64,000 nucleotides of DNA from an archaeon (GTDB lineage: Archaea; B1Sed10-29; JAVZDC01): NCBI GenBank assembly GCA_038874115.1, contig JAVZDC010000002.1, positions 110,531 to 174,530 on the forward strand, written 5' to 3'. The notes beneath the pieces were generated by a model, which was not told the origin of the DNA, did not search any database, and worked only from the letters and a program-made list of their open reading frames with translations. How positions within the stretch are numbered: the first letter of the stretch is position 1; every line of letters starts with the position of its first letter. A program made the position numbers and the translations under genes. Of the stretch, positions 10,605 to 20,800 are shown piece after piece.

Positions 10605-12429
10605 AGATATCCCCCAAGTTAATTTTTGGATAAATTCCAGAAGCTAAAGACAACTCCAATAATAACTTAAACGCGTAGCCAGTATCCACTTCATAAACTT
10701 CTGAACCACCACATATCTTACAATATTTTCTTTTTCTAATTAAATCATTTATTGCAAAAGTCTTACAAGTCTTACATACATATAAAGTTGTTTTATCCGA
10801 TTCTTCCAAAAGTCTTTCCTTCAACAGTAGTGCAGCACCGTGGGCGATTAAGCAATGAGTTTCCATTTCTCCCACTCTAAGACCACCAGTTCTCTGCTTT
10901 CCTTCTGTCGGTTGTCTTGTTAACATTTGCACAGGTCCTTTAGCTCTTGCTTGCATTTTCAAACTTACTAAATGTCTTAATCTTAAATAATAAACTACTC
11001 CTGTGAAAACTTCTGCTTGCATCATTTGTCCAGTAACTCCATCATAAAATATTTCATAACCATTTGATTTAAATCCAAGTTTTTCCAATTCAGCTTTCAA
11101 ATCCACTTCTTTTTCTGAATCAAAGCAAGTGCCGTCTACCTCTCGTCCAGAAAGCGCACCTACTTTTCCTCCCAAAGTCTCCAATAAAAATCCATACGTC
11201 ATTCTAGAAGGAATCGCATGCGGGTTTATTAGTAAATCAGGAATTATTCCAGTTTCTGAGAAAGGCATATCACAAGCATCGACTAATGCAGCAACGACGC
11301 CTTTTTGCCCATGTCTGGCAGTGAATTTATCTCCTAACTCTGGTCTCATGTACCTACGAGTTCTTATTTTTATTTGTCTGTTACCTGATCCACTTTCAAC
11401 AATTAAAACAGCGTCTATAACTTCCTTTTCCCCTCCAGGGATTGAATCAATAGTTAAAGACGTATCTATTCTTTTCTCTTTTAAAACTTCCAATTCACTT
11501 ATTTCTTCTAAAAATCTTGGAGGCGATGTTTTTCCAACTAAAACATCTCCTTTTTCTACTTCACAACCCACATCGATTATTCCATTCTCATCCAGGTATC
11601 GGTATGCATTTTCTCCAAGATATCCTATAACATTTTCTTTAGGCTTTTCAATTTTATCTCTTTGCCCTCCAAAGTATATCATTTCCTCTGTTTTTAAAGT
11701 TTCATATTTTGTACTACAGCCCAACCCTCTTTCTACAGCAGCTTTATTCAAAATTACCGCATCGTTTGTGTTATATGGGTGAGATAAAACAGCAATTACA
11801 AAGTTTTGACCATTTGGTCTTTCTAAATGTTTTGTAAGTTGAGAATATTTAGTTTTAACAATAGGGGTTTGAGGATAATGTAGAACATGCACAGTTTTAT
11901 CAAATCTGGTTCTATAAGAATTAGAGTAAATTCCTATTGCTTGATTCATCATTTTTGCAGCCATTAAAATTCTTGTAGACGAATTGTGGTGTTGGAATGG
12001 AGCATTTATAGCACTTATCGAGTTGATACTAGCAGGATGGATTTCCAAATGAGTGTGTTCTGAAGTTAACTCAGATTCATCAAGCGCAACGTACGCATTT
12101 TCCTCTTCTTCTGCATCCAAAAATTCAATAATTCCATTTTTCAAAAGATCGTAAAATCCTAGAACTCCTTGTTTTATTAGTTTTATGTGCTCAGGAGTTA
12201 ATTTTGATTTCCCATTTTCAACGATTATTAAAGGTCTCAAAATTCTTCCAGGACCAGTGTTTATCCTAATTTCTCCATCAATATATGCTATATTCAATGT
12301 CCAATGTAATTTGCCCATTCTTCTTTTATCTCTAACTTGCCGTACGAATTCTATAGGGTTCGAATGGAAACCGATAAGTTTCCCATCTAAAAATATTGGA
12401 GTTTTCATTTTATCATTCAATTTTCTCAA
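10597..12429 (-). CDS. rpoB1: DNA-directed RNA polymerase subunit B' (C-terminal part of split RpoB)
   Basis: 610 aa; conserved RpoB C-terminal region with terminal Zn-ribbon (CKTCKT…CKICGG); 8-nt overlap with rpoA'. Confidence 0.95.
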   Translation of the reverse strand: MRKLNDKMKTPIFLDGKLIGFHSNPIEFVRQVRDKRRMGKLHWTLNIAYIDGEIRINTGPGRILRPLIIVENGKSKLTPEHIKLIKQGVLGFYDLLKNGIIEFLDAEEEENAYVALDESELTSEHTHLEIHPASINSISAINAPFQHHNSSTRILMAAKMMNQAIGIYSNSYRTRFDKTVHVLHYPQTPIVKTKYSQLTKHLERPNGQNFVIAVLSHPYNTNDAVILNKAAVERGLGCSTKYETLKTEEMIYFGGQRDKIEKPKENVIGYLGENAYRYLDENGIIDVGCEVEKGDVLVGKTSPPRFLEEISELEVLKEKRIDTSLTIDSIPGGEKEVIDAVLIVESGSGNRQIKIRTRRYMRPELGDKFTARHGQKGVVAALVDACDMPFSETGIIPDLLINPHAIPSRMTYGFLLETLGGKVGALSGREVDGTCFDSEKEVDLKAELEKLGFKSNGYEIFYDGVTGQMMQAEVFTGVVYYLRLRHLVSLKMQARAKGPVQMLTRQPTEGKQRTGGLRVGEMETHCLIAHGAALLLKERLLEESDKTTLYVCKTCKTFAINDLIRKRKYCKICGGSEVYEVDTGYAFKLLLELSLASGIYPKINLGDICE

Positions 12430-13876
12430 CCCCTAAAGACATTATTTCTTCTTCATACTTTTGGTCTCTAATTCCTGAAGAGATTACACCACATATTGCA
12501 AGATGTTTGGTAAGTCCAATACCTGCTCCTTCCGGAGTAGTCACAGGGCAAAGTCTTCCATAGTGAGTTCCATGCAGTTCTCGCATTTCTAAGTTTGTTC
12601 CAGACTTTTGAACTATGTTTTTTACTACTCTCAAATTACTCATGGCGGACATAAAACAGGTTCTATCCAAAATTTCTGCAATCCCTGTTCTTGTTTGACT
12701 CCATATTCCAGTAGCCATAGCTCTTTGAATATGTCCTGTAAATTTATCAGGTCTAACTATTGTTTTCAAAGTTATTTTTCTCTTTCTTAATTCTATTCTT
12801 TCCGCTTGGTAAACTAAATCGGTTTTTAATTCGTTTAATGCTCCAACAAATAAATTTTCTAAAAGATCACCGGCCCGTCTAACTCTTTTGTTTCCATAAT
12901 GATCTCTATCATCCTCTGGTGTAATGTTAAAGGCTACATTCATGCATTTTTCAGCAATTTTTAATAAAGTGTATGCTTTTTGTAGTCTTTTTTCTTTTGT
13001 AGTCCCTATGTGAGGTAAAACTCTAAAATCAAGCAAGTATTCTGTTAAATTTCTACGAACTGTTGCGGATTGTCCAGGAGCTATTCTTTTACCTATGTAT
13101 TCTATTGCTTGGCTCATCTTATCCATTTCTATTTCCTTTAAGTTAAAAATCAACTCGTTCTTTTTTAAAGTTGAATCAAACATTTTTTCCATTTCTTTTT
13201 GCGAGGTTAAGCCAAGTGCTAAAATGAGAATAAATAATTTTAGATTTTTTGGAGATCCGGGGAACTCAACGTAATATATTCCAGATGCATTTCTTGTGAC
13301 CGTTTGTTTAGCTGTGATGCCATTTCTTTCGCAAAATATAGTAGCTACGACTTCTCCTGGTTTTTCAGATTTATTTACAATTATTTTATTTGGAGCAGGG
13401 TCTTCGACCCCTACTATGAATTTTTCATTCCCATCTATTATGAAATACCCGCCAGGATCCTCAGGATCTTCTTTTACTTTAATTAATTCTTCACGGGATA
13501 AATTTTTTAAATAACATAAATTACTTTTTATCATTACAGGTATTTGGCCGCAATAAATTTCTTCATGCAATTTTTCAATTCCTTTTTCGTATAACCCCAT
13601 TTCAATGTAGAACGGAGCGGAATAAGTTATTCTTCTTAGCCTTGCTTCGAAAGGATAAATACTTCTTTTCGACCCATCTGCTTCCATAAACTTCGGTTGT
13701 TCGAGCCTGCACCTGTGGAATCTTATTTCCATGTCTCCCTCGGATAACTTTATGGGTTCAGAGTTCTCAATTATTTCTTGGATTCTAAAATTTACAAAAT
13801 CATTATATGAATCTAATTGATGTTTTATCAGAGGAACTTCTTTCAAGAATGCTTCCATTACTTCCCACATATCCAA
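12413..13876 (-). CDS. rpoB2: DNA-directed RNA polymerase subunit B'' (N-terminal part of split RpoB)
   Basis: 487 aa; RpoB N-terminal homology; overlaps rpoB' by 17 nt. Confidence 0.9.
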   Translation of the reverse strand: MDMWEVMEAFLKEVPLIKHQLDSYNDFVNFRIQEIIENSEPIKLSEGDMEIRFHRCRLEQPKFMEADGSKRSIYPFEARLRRITYSAPFYIEMGLYEKGIEKLHEEIYCGQIPVMIKSNLCYLKNLSREELIKVKEDPEDPGGYFIIDGNEKFIVGVEDPAPNKIIVNKSEKPGEVVATIFCERNGITAKQTVTRNASGIYYVEFPGSPKNLKLFILILALGLTSQKEMEKMFDSTLKKNELIFNLKEIEMDKMSQAIEYIGKRIAPGQSATVRRNLTEYLLDFRVLPHIGTTKEKRLQKAYTLLKIAEKCMNVAFNITPEDDRDHYGNKRVRRAGDLLENLFVGALNELKTDLVYQAERIELRKRKITLKTIVRPDKFTGHIQRAMATGIWSQTRTGIAEILDRTCFMSAMSNLRVVKNIVQKSGTNLEMRELHGTHYGRLCPVTTPEGAGIGLTKHLAICGVISSGIRDQKYEEEIMSLGVEKIE

Positions 13877-13887
13877 TCCTCGCGAGT

Positions 13888-14127
13888 TTATTCCACTAAT
13901 CTGTAATATTCAGCGGTACCAGCTGTTTTACTTTTTCGAGTTATTTTAATAACATCCCCTTTTTTAGCTCCAAGAGCCACAATAACAGGATCAGTAATCT
14001 TTATTTTTGGAAGCTGATCTATTGAGATCTTATACTTTTCCAAAATACTTTCAACTTCTTTTTTACTCAATATTTCATGTTTAGGTACTAAAACGTGATC
14101 CAAAACGTTCCAAGTAGGTTTACTCAA
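13888..14127 (-). CDS. rpoH: DNA-directed RNA polymerase subunit H (Rpb5 homologue)
   Basis: 79 aa, typical RpoH; first gene of the RNAP cluster; apparent TTG start preceded by GGTGA. Confidence 0.85.
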   Translation of the reverse strand: MSKPTWNVLDHVLVPKHEILSKKEVESILEKYKISIDQLPKIKITDPVIVALGAKKGDVIKITRKSKTAGTAEYYRLVE

Positions 14128-14167
14128 TCTTTCACCAAAAACAGCTTAGATTATTTTTATGCACTCA

Positions 14168-14177
14168 TATATTTAAA
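14168..14177 (-). promoter_or_regulatory. candidate archaeal TATA box (TTTAAATATA) with purine-rich BRE-like element upstream of rpoH
   Basis: Minus-strand TTTAAATATA about 40-50 nt upstream of the rpoH start, preceded by CGAAAAG; by eye only. Confidence 0.25.
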
Positions 14178-14186
14178 CTTTTCGAT

Positions 14187-15644
14187 TTAATTCGTTATCT
14201 TTTTTACTTTTTGCCCTTCTGGAGTATCCATTACTTCCCAACCAAGTTCTTTTAATTTATTTCTCAATTCATCGCTTTTCTTAAAATCTTTCTCTTTTCG
14301 TGCAAGTTCTCTCGCAGCTAATAGTTCTTTAATTTCTGCCGGAATTTCTTCAAGCCTTATAGAATCTATTTTTAAACCCAATACTTTATCAAACTTTAAA
14401 AATAAATCATAAATTAATTTTGCATCTGCTTTAGACAAACTTTTGTCATCTATTTTCATATTTACTTCTTTTTGAATCTCGTTTAGCAAAGCCATTATTT
14501 TTGGAGTATTCAAATCGTCAAAAAGATAATCTTCGAACTCTTGCAGCCATTTAGATACAATATCCTCGATTTTAGTATCCTCTTTTTCTTCTTTCTTTTC
14601 TTCAATTAATTCCAATAATCTTCTTATGAATTCGTACAATCTTTCTAAATTCTTTTGTGCAGCTTTTACCGCATCGAGCGAAAAAACAGATTGAGATCTA
14701 TAGTGCGAGGTTAAAGTCCAATACCTGTAACTTATCGGATTTATTCCTTCCTTTTCCAAATTTTCTAAAGTTATAATATTTCCTAAAGATTTGCTCATTT
14801 TTTCTTTTCCCATTTGTAGAAATTCAACATGCACCCAATACCTTGCAGGATTTTTACCATATGCTGCTCTTGATTGGGCTATTTCATTAGTATGATGTAT
14901 TGGAATATGATCCACTCCTCCGCAATGAATATCAAAGACTTCTCCCAAGTATTTCACACCCATTGCAGAACATTCTATATGCCACCCTGGGAATCCAACA
15001 CCCCATGGAGAATCCCATTCCATATCTCTTTTTTTATCCTTTGGTGAAAATTTCCACAAAGCGAAATCACAAGGGTTTCTTTTACCGACAGCAAATTCTA
15101 CTCTTGCACCAGGTTTTATTCTGGATTGATCGAAATTTGGAATAAGCTCACCATAGACAGGGAGTTTAGAAGTATCAAAATAAACTCCATCATTTTCTAT
15201 TATATACGTATATCCGTTCTCTTCAATTTTCTTTATAAATTCTACTTGTTCTTTAATGTGTTCTGTTGCTTTGCATATTATTGTCGGCTTTTCAATATTC
15301 AATTTTTCAATATCCGAGTAAAATTTTTTTGTATAGTATTCCGCAATTTCCCAAGCAGTTTTTCTTTTTTCTCTAGCGCTTTTTTCTATTTTATCTTCTC
15401 CTGTGTCCGCATCGGACGTAAGATGACCAACATCAGTTATATTTTGAACGTGTTTTACTTCATAACCCAAGTATTCCAAAGTTCTCCTCAGAATGTCTTC
15501 AAAAATATACGTCCTTAAATTTCCAATATGTGGGTCACTGTATACTGTCGGCCCGCAGGTATACATTCCTACTTTTCCTTTTTGCAATGGTACAAAATCT
15601 TGTTTCTGTCTTCCCAAAGTGTTATATATTCTCAAAGTTTTCAA
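14187..15644 (-). CDS. cysS: cysteinyl-tRNA synthetase
   Basis: 485 aa; class I motifs HIGN (in CGPTVYSDPHIGNLR) and KMSKS; CysRS-like throughout. Confidence 0.9.
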   Translation of the reverse strand: MKTLRIYNTLGRQKQDFVPLQKGKVGMYTCGPTVYSDPHIGNLRTYIFEDILRRTLEYLGYEVKHVQNITDVGHLTSDADTGEDKIEKSAREKRKTAWEIAEYYTKKFYSDIEKLNIEKPTIICKATEHIKEQVEFIKKIEENGYTYIIENDGVYFDTSKLPVYGELIPNFDQSRIKPGARVEFAVGKRNPCDFALWKFSPKDKKRDMEWDSPWGVGFPGWHIECSAMGVKYLGEVFDIHCGGVDHIPIHHTNEIAQSRAAYGKNPARYWVHVEFLQMGKEKMSKSLGNIITLENLEKEGINPISYRYWTLTSHYRSQSVFSLDAVKAAQKNLERLYEFIRRLLELIEEKKEEKEDTKIEDIVSKWLQEFEDYLFDDLNTPKIMALLNEIQKEVNMKIDDKSLSKADAKLIYDLFLKFDKVLGLKIDSIRLEEIPAEIKELLAARELARKEKDFKKSDELRNKLKELGWEVMDTPEGQKVKKITN

Positions 15645-16567
15645 ACTCTCAACCGCCCCAAAATTTCTTTTAAAGATTCCGACACAGCTTTTTTCAAATC
15701 AAGAGGATGTATTTTTTTCTCAAAAAACAATCTTTCCAAATCTTCATATTTTTCTATTTTCAAATCCCCTCCGTATTTTTCTGGCCTCTTTATTTCAAAT
15801 TCTTTTTCCATCGAGAAGATTATGTATTTGGCTATTTGTAAAACAGGGTTGTTTTCTCCGGCCGGGCAAAAAGCATTCATTATCGCTTTTTCTATTTTTT
15901 CATCAGAATCCGTGACAAATATACAACTTCCAGGGATCGATTTACTCATTTTTTGTCCAGGCCCAAGCAAAGAATCTAAAAGCGGCATGTGCAAATATAC
16001 GCATTCATGTCCAAAGTCTTTTAAATTTTCCAAAGCCAACATGTGTACTTTTCTTTGTTCCATGCCGCCAACTGCTAAATCCACTCCCAAATATTTTATA
16101 TCCATTACTTGCATTAACGGGTATATTATTTGCGAAATATGTGCGTTATCGAAATCTCTCGCAATCCCTTGCATTGATCTTAACCCTCGATCAATCGTAA
16201 TTTTTTGACTTAATCTCAAAACGTCGGACATGTAATCTTTTTCAAGTTGAAAAGAACTTCCAACAACGACTTCACAATTAAGCAATTTCTTTGAAAATTT
16301 TTTCCAATGCTCCATATTTTCTTCTATCTCCTGCAAATCCTTCATGTTTAAAAAAGCATGCAAGTCTGCGAGCAAAACTTTGACATGAAAACCGATTTCA
16401 CTTAAATCTTTTAGTTTTAATAAAGTTACTAAATGCCCCAAATGTACAGGGCCATTTGGCTCATATCCACAATAAGCAACCGGGTTTTCTTTTTTTAAAA
16501 TACTTTCTATTTTTTCTTCTGGCACTATTTCTAAGGAATTTCTTTTTAATATTTCCGCTTTTTCCAT
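15641..16567 (-). CDS. tyrS: tyrosyl-tRNA synthetase (archaeal type)
   Basis: 308 aa; aligns by eye along its length to archaeal TyrRS (recalled M. jannaschii sequence): EPNGPVHLGH, ADLHAFLN, GMEQRKVHML, KMSKS, KRPEKYGGDL. Confidence 0.9.
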   Translation of the reverse strand: MEKAEILKRNSLEIVPEEKIESILKKENPVAYCGYEPNGPVHLGHLVTLLKLKDLSEIGFHVKVLLADLHAFLNMKDLQEIEENMEHWKKFSKKLLNCEVVVGSSFQLEKDYMSDVLRLSQKITIDRGLRSMQGIARDFDNAHISQIIYPLMQVMDIKYLGVDLAVGGMEQRKVHMLALENLKDFGHECVYLHMPLLDSLLGPGQKMSKSIPGSCIFVTDSDEKIEKAIMNAFCPAGENNPVLQIAKYIIFSMEKEFEIKRPEKYGGDLKIEKYEDLERLFFEKKIHPLDLKKAVSESLKEILGRLRV

Positions 16568-16592
16568 ATTATTTCATCCAAAAAATGAAAAA

Positions 16593-16696
16593 TCCCGCGG
16601 GTGAGAGTTGAACTCACAACCTACCGGTGGCGACCTCCAAAGGCCGGTGCCTTATCGAGACTACAGCCGGTCGCTCTGCCATTGAGCTACCGCGGG
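16593..16696 (-). tRNA. tRNA-Tyr (anticodon GTA) with ~32-nt intron after position 37
   Basis: Acceptor CCCGCGG/CCGCGGG (C1-G72, as in archaeal tRNA-Tyr), anticodon stem ACCGG/CCGGT, loop CTGTAG then intron TCTCGATAAGGCACCGGCCTTTGGAGGTCGCC, T-arm GTGAG-TTCAACT-CTCAC. Confidence 0.8.
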
Positions 16697-16772
16697 TTAT
16701 GCCATCAAAAAATATTATATATTTAATTAGGAATAAAAACTTTTTTAAAGATATCCTTCAAAATGTAATATC

Positions 16773-17384
16773 ATGCTGGCCGGTTTTTTCTTTAATTTTA
16801 TAGTTTCCACGATACAGATTACTGGCTATATAGGTTTGTTTTTTCTTACCATGATTGAGAATATTTTTCCACCAATACCCTCGGAAGTTATTCTTCCTTT
16901 TGCAGGATACTTGTCTTATTTAGGGTTCTTGAATTTTATTTTGGTTATTATCATTGGTGCCTTGGGTAGCGCTTTGGGGTCGATCGTACTTTATTTGATC
17001 GGTCTTAGGTTTGGGAGGCCCTTTTTGGAAAAATATGGCAAATGCTTCTTAATTAATAATAAACAATTACTTAACGCTGAAAAATGGTTTTTAAAAAATG
17101 GAGATTCAGCAATTTTATTATCCAAGATTGTTCCTGGAGTAAGGAGTTTGATTTCAATTCCGGCAGGGATTGCAAAATATCGCATCAGCAATTTATTTTT
17201 TTATTCTTTTATTGGCTCTCTTTTCTGGTGTTTTTTATTGAGTTGGACTGGATTTGTTTTAGGTCCGTATTGGCCTAAAATAATTGAATTTTTGGACAGT
17301 TTGGACCCGCTTATATTTGCATTAATTTGTTTAATGTTTTTTTTAATTTTCAAAAATTCAAGAAATGGGTCCGCTGAGATTTGA
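16773..17384 (+). CDS. DedA/SNARE-associated family membrane protein
   Basis: 203 aa polytopic membrane protein; DedA-like region LFLTMIENIFPPIPSEVILPFAGYL. Its 3' end overlaps tRNA-Pro on the opposite strand by ~19 nt. Confidence 0.7.
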   Translation: MLAGFFFNFIVSTIQITGYIGLFFLTMIENIFPPIPSEVILPFAGYLSYLGFLNFILVIIIGALGSALGSIVLYLIGLRFGRPFLEKYGKCFLINNKQLLNAEKWFLKNGDSAILLSKIVPGVRSLISIPAGIAKYRISNLFFYSFIGSLFWCFLLSWTGFVLGPYWPKIIEFLDSLDPLIFALICLMFFLIFKNSRNGSAEI

Positions 17385-17439
17385 ACTCAGGTCTCCAGCT
17401 CCCGAAGCTGGAAGCCTAACCAGACTAGCCTACGGACCC
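17366..17439 (-). tRNA. tRNA-Pro (anticodon CGG)
   Basis: Acceptor GGGTCCG/CGGACCC, anticodon stem CCAGC/GCTGG with loop TTCGGGA, T-arm CTGAG-TTCAAAT-CTCAG. Confidence 0.75.
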
Positions 17440-17787
17440 TTAGTATTGGCTAAACATTGCTCCTATCCCCATAGCACTGCTTTCTTCTTCTTTCTTAAAT
17501 TCTTCTAACGCTTTCTTTAATTCCTCACCTTCTAACTTCTTTACTCCTTCAAAAAGAATTTCTTTTTCATGTTCTTTGAAAAACTCAGGTTCAGCTTCAA
17601 CTTTCAAATAGTAGAATCCTTTTTCCAGGTTCAAAATTTTTCCATCCCTCAGCGACAAACTTTTCCTAGACCATTCGTTTACGATAAACGTTTTCTTTCC
17701 TTCTTTTTCTTCAACACGATCCTGAGCTTCAATTATCTTCTTTACATTATTTACTGCTTTTTCATCTATTTTGTATACAACTTCCAT
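17440..17787 (-). CDS. hypothetical protein (115 aa)
   Basis: Clean ORF in a gene-dense AT-rich region; no family recognised. Shares a KGFY-containing segment with the 25935..26174 ORF. Confidence 0.55.
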   Translation of the reverse strand: MEVVYKIDEKAVNNVKKIIEAQDRVEEKEGKKTFIVNEWSRKSLSLRDGKILNLEKGFYYLKVEAEPEFFKEHEKEILFEGVKKLEGEELKKALEEFKKEEESSAMGIGAMFSQY

Positions 17788-17803
17788 GAGACCACCTTTT
17801 TGA

Positions 17804-17876
17804 AGCCCCGGGAGGGATTTGAACCCCCGACCTATTGCTTACGAGGCAATCGCTCTACCAGCTGAGCTACCGAGGC
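17804..17876 (-). tRNA. tRNA-Thr (anticodon CGT)
   Basis: 73-nt cloverleaf: acceptor GCCTCGG/CCGGGGC, D-arm GCTC-AGCTGGTA-GAGC, anticodon stem ATTGC/GCAAT with loop CTCGTAA, T-loop TTCAAAT. Confidence 0.85.
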
Positions 17877-17878
17877 AC

Positions 17879-20800
17879 TTAATTTATTAAATACAAATGC
17901 AATTTTTTATTAATTTCTTTTTTGTTATGCAGACATAAAAAGAAGATTGTAAGAAGTACAGTTAAGATGAATTCCAATTTATCTTCTGGAGCAGGGTATA
18001 AAATTTCGATTACTTCCGGAGTTGTAAAGTTATACCCTGAATAAGTGTGATTATTTCCAGCTTCGTCCCATATCGTAATATTATAGAAATATGTAACTCC
18101 GTCTCGGAGATTATTTAATGCTACCTGATGATAATAATCGAAATGTGAGCTACTTACAGACCATGATCCGTCTCCATCCGAGTATGTTATTGCGTAGTTT
18201 GTTAATTCATCAGTAATCCAAGATATTGTTGCAGAGTTAATTGTAGTTGTAACGTTTGGGCCATCCGTTATGTTTGGCGGAAGAATATCGAACCCCAGCG
18301 GGGCAAATATACTCCCGAATTCTGTTATGTTTGCGTACACTGCATTATGCTCCGCATCTACTTCATTAATGTTGAAGAACGAATCATTCCACCACGTACC
18401 GGTATACTTCCATATTCTCAATGTATTCTCATCAACATTTGTTATTTCGTCATCCGTATATGTAAAGTTAATGAATAACCAACTATCTAAGGAGTTGTTT
18501 GACGCATCAACCCATTTTCTAATGTTGTTATGTTTTGAAGGATTAGGAGGGACGTTTTCTTCGTTTAAACTTTTAACTGTAACATCTTTTCCTAAGAATG
18601 AGAACTTTATTTCACTGCTTTGTAAGTTGATTATCTCATTCTCCGATGAATTTTGAGCCGAATAAAAGTCTAAATCAGTACAATTGTTTATACTATTGTT
18701 TGCAAATGTGTTGTTCGATGATGAAATTAAATAGATACAATACTTGCTATCCTTGATAAAATTGTTAGATATATTCGAATTTGTAGTGTTTATAAGATTG
18801 ATTCCTTTTAATGTTGCATTTAAGATGTTGTTGTTTAAAATCGAAACAATCGATACGTTGTTTATTGTGAAGCCAATCACGACATTAGTGATGTTGTTTT
18901 TATAAAATGTAAAGTTTTCAGTGGTGTTGTCTCTTGCCCCACCAAAACCAATGATTTGTACGGCCCCTCCAGGATCGCTGATATTTTCAAAAATATTTTC
19001 TACAAAAGTTTGATTGAATGGCCCTCCTTCCATTTTTAATGGAAAGAATGAAAAACTGTTATTATTAAATTCATTATTTCTTGTCCAAGTCGATGTTGAG
19101 TAGAGAGAATATCCAGAAGATGGCGATATTTTGTTATCAACAAATATACTGGAAGTAAGTACATAAGAGTAAATTCCTGCATACTTTGTACCTGAAATAA
19201 TATTGGATGAAACGTTGTAATAGTTGTTTCCTTTTGTAGTTGCTGGAAAAGAAATACCGATTGAAGATGTGGGTAAATTTGTGCTTATTGTATTGTTGAA
19301 AATTGTAGAGTTAGATGCTGATGCTAAATAAACTCCATAATCGCGGAAATTATTTATTCTGTTATTTGTTATTTTTTGCTTGATGGGTGTTGTTACTCCA
19401 TCATGAGCAATATAAATTGCAGAAGAACAATTTACGCACTCAAAAACGTTGTTAGATATATTATTGTTCCAACTTGCGTTAAGCATCATGTGGATTTGAG
19501 AAATTGAATTTGAAGTAAAATTGAAAATGTTGTTATTTATTGTCATATTGCTGGAATAATAAGAAAAAAAGTGATAAGGCGTTGAAGTTAAACTACTTTT
19601 TATCGTATTATTTTCAAAGATAATTCCAGAACTATTATAAAGATAAATACTTTCATTTTGCATATTTTCGATTTTGTTGTTGTAGAAGTAATTTGGAAAA
19701 GTTACATTCCAAAACAAGATTCCTCGTGAAGAAGAGTAAATTGTATTGTTTACTATTGTATTGTTGTATGGACTCTCAGAAATGACTCTTGTAGATACAG
19801 TTATTACTGCACCACCGAGCCAAGGTTCAATTGTTGACTTGTAATTGTTGGCAAAAGTATTATTTGTAATGAGATTATCGTGCGGGCAACTACCAGAATT
19901 ATCGCACCTAATTAGAAGTAAAGCTAAATTACAGCTGACAGAAACATTTTCGCAAATAGAGTTATTTCTTATAACGTTAAACGCAGAACCACTGCTAATG
20001 GCTATTGAAGTTGAGCCGGAAACTTCTTTTAATCTGTTGTTCTCTATTAGATTGTAAGTCGAATAAGCAGTGCTTATCAAGGAGTTTGTAGATGCGTTGA
20101 TCTGGTTGCCAGTAACGTTATTGTAATGACTTGAAGATAAAAATATTCCATTGCTATAATATTCTCCACCAAGATAAAATTTAGGAGAAGTTGCGGGTTG
20201 GCATATAATCGTATTGTTATTTATTGTGTTGTTTTGAGAATCTTTAATATAAATTCCAGTTCCCCTCAAGGTATAAATAGAATTGTATTCGATGCGATTG
20301 TATAAACTATTCGCTTCAAGAAATATTCCGTAGGTTATGTTTGTGCTGTTCAATTCATTAAAACTTATATTCGTGGAATTTACTCCATACCCATAAATAT
20401 GAGCAATTGGCGGGGAAGAGTACGGAGTATAAAATTTATTGTTTTTTACGTTCAAATTTGCTGCAGAATTCAAATAAATTCCATAACCACTGTAATTTAA
20501 TATTGTGTTATTAATTATATTTATCCAATTTGAAGAATATATCTCGAGAATATTTATTGTCGAGCTTAAACCGAGCAAATTATTAGTTATATTGACGTAT
20601 GCTGAATTATTTATGAAAATACTTTCGTTATACTCAGAATAAGCTATTGATGTATATCCTGTATTATTATAAAAATCTACGTTTTGTGTACCGTTGACAT
20701 ATAGCCATCTAACAGTATAGTTGAATACATTATTGTAAATACTAATGTTTTGAGAATTTCTAAATCCAATAGCATATAAGCTTGCAGATCTTGTATCGAA

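Noticed and set aside
11129-11782. 217-aa plus-strand ORF inside rpoB', and similar antisense ORFs (1817..2053, 2147..2539, 9741..10007, 15528..16208, 34141..34599, 43556..43852, 50028..50639, 58811..59293, 61500..61829)
   Set aside because: They lie antisense to or out of frame within strongly supported conserved genes, have Ser/Phe/Leu-rich low-complexity translations, and are judged shadow ORFs.
8085-13876. Inteins in RNA polymerase subunits or in polB
   Set aside because: Subunit lengths (839, 610, 487 aa; PolB ~748 aa) match intein-free archaeal proteins and no Hint/LAGLIDADG-type insertion interrupts the conserved motifs.
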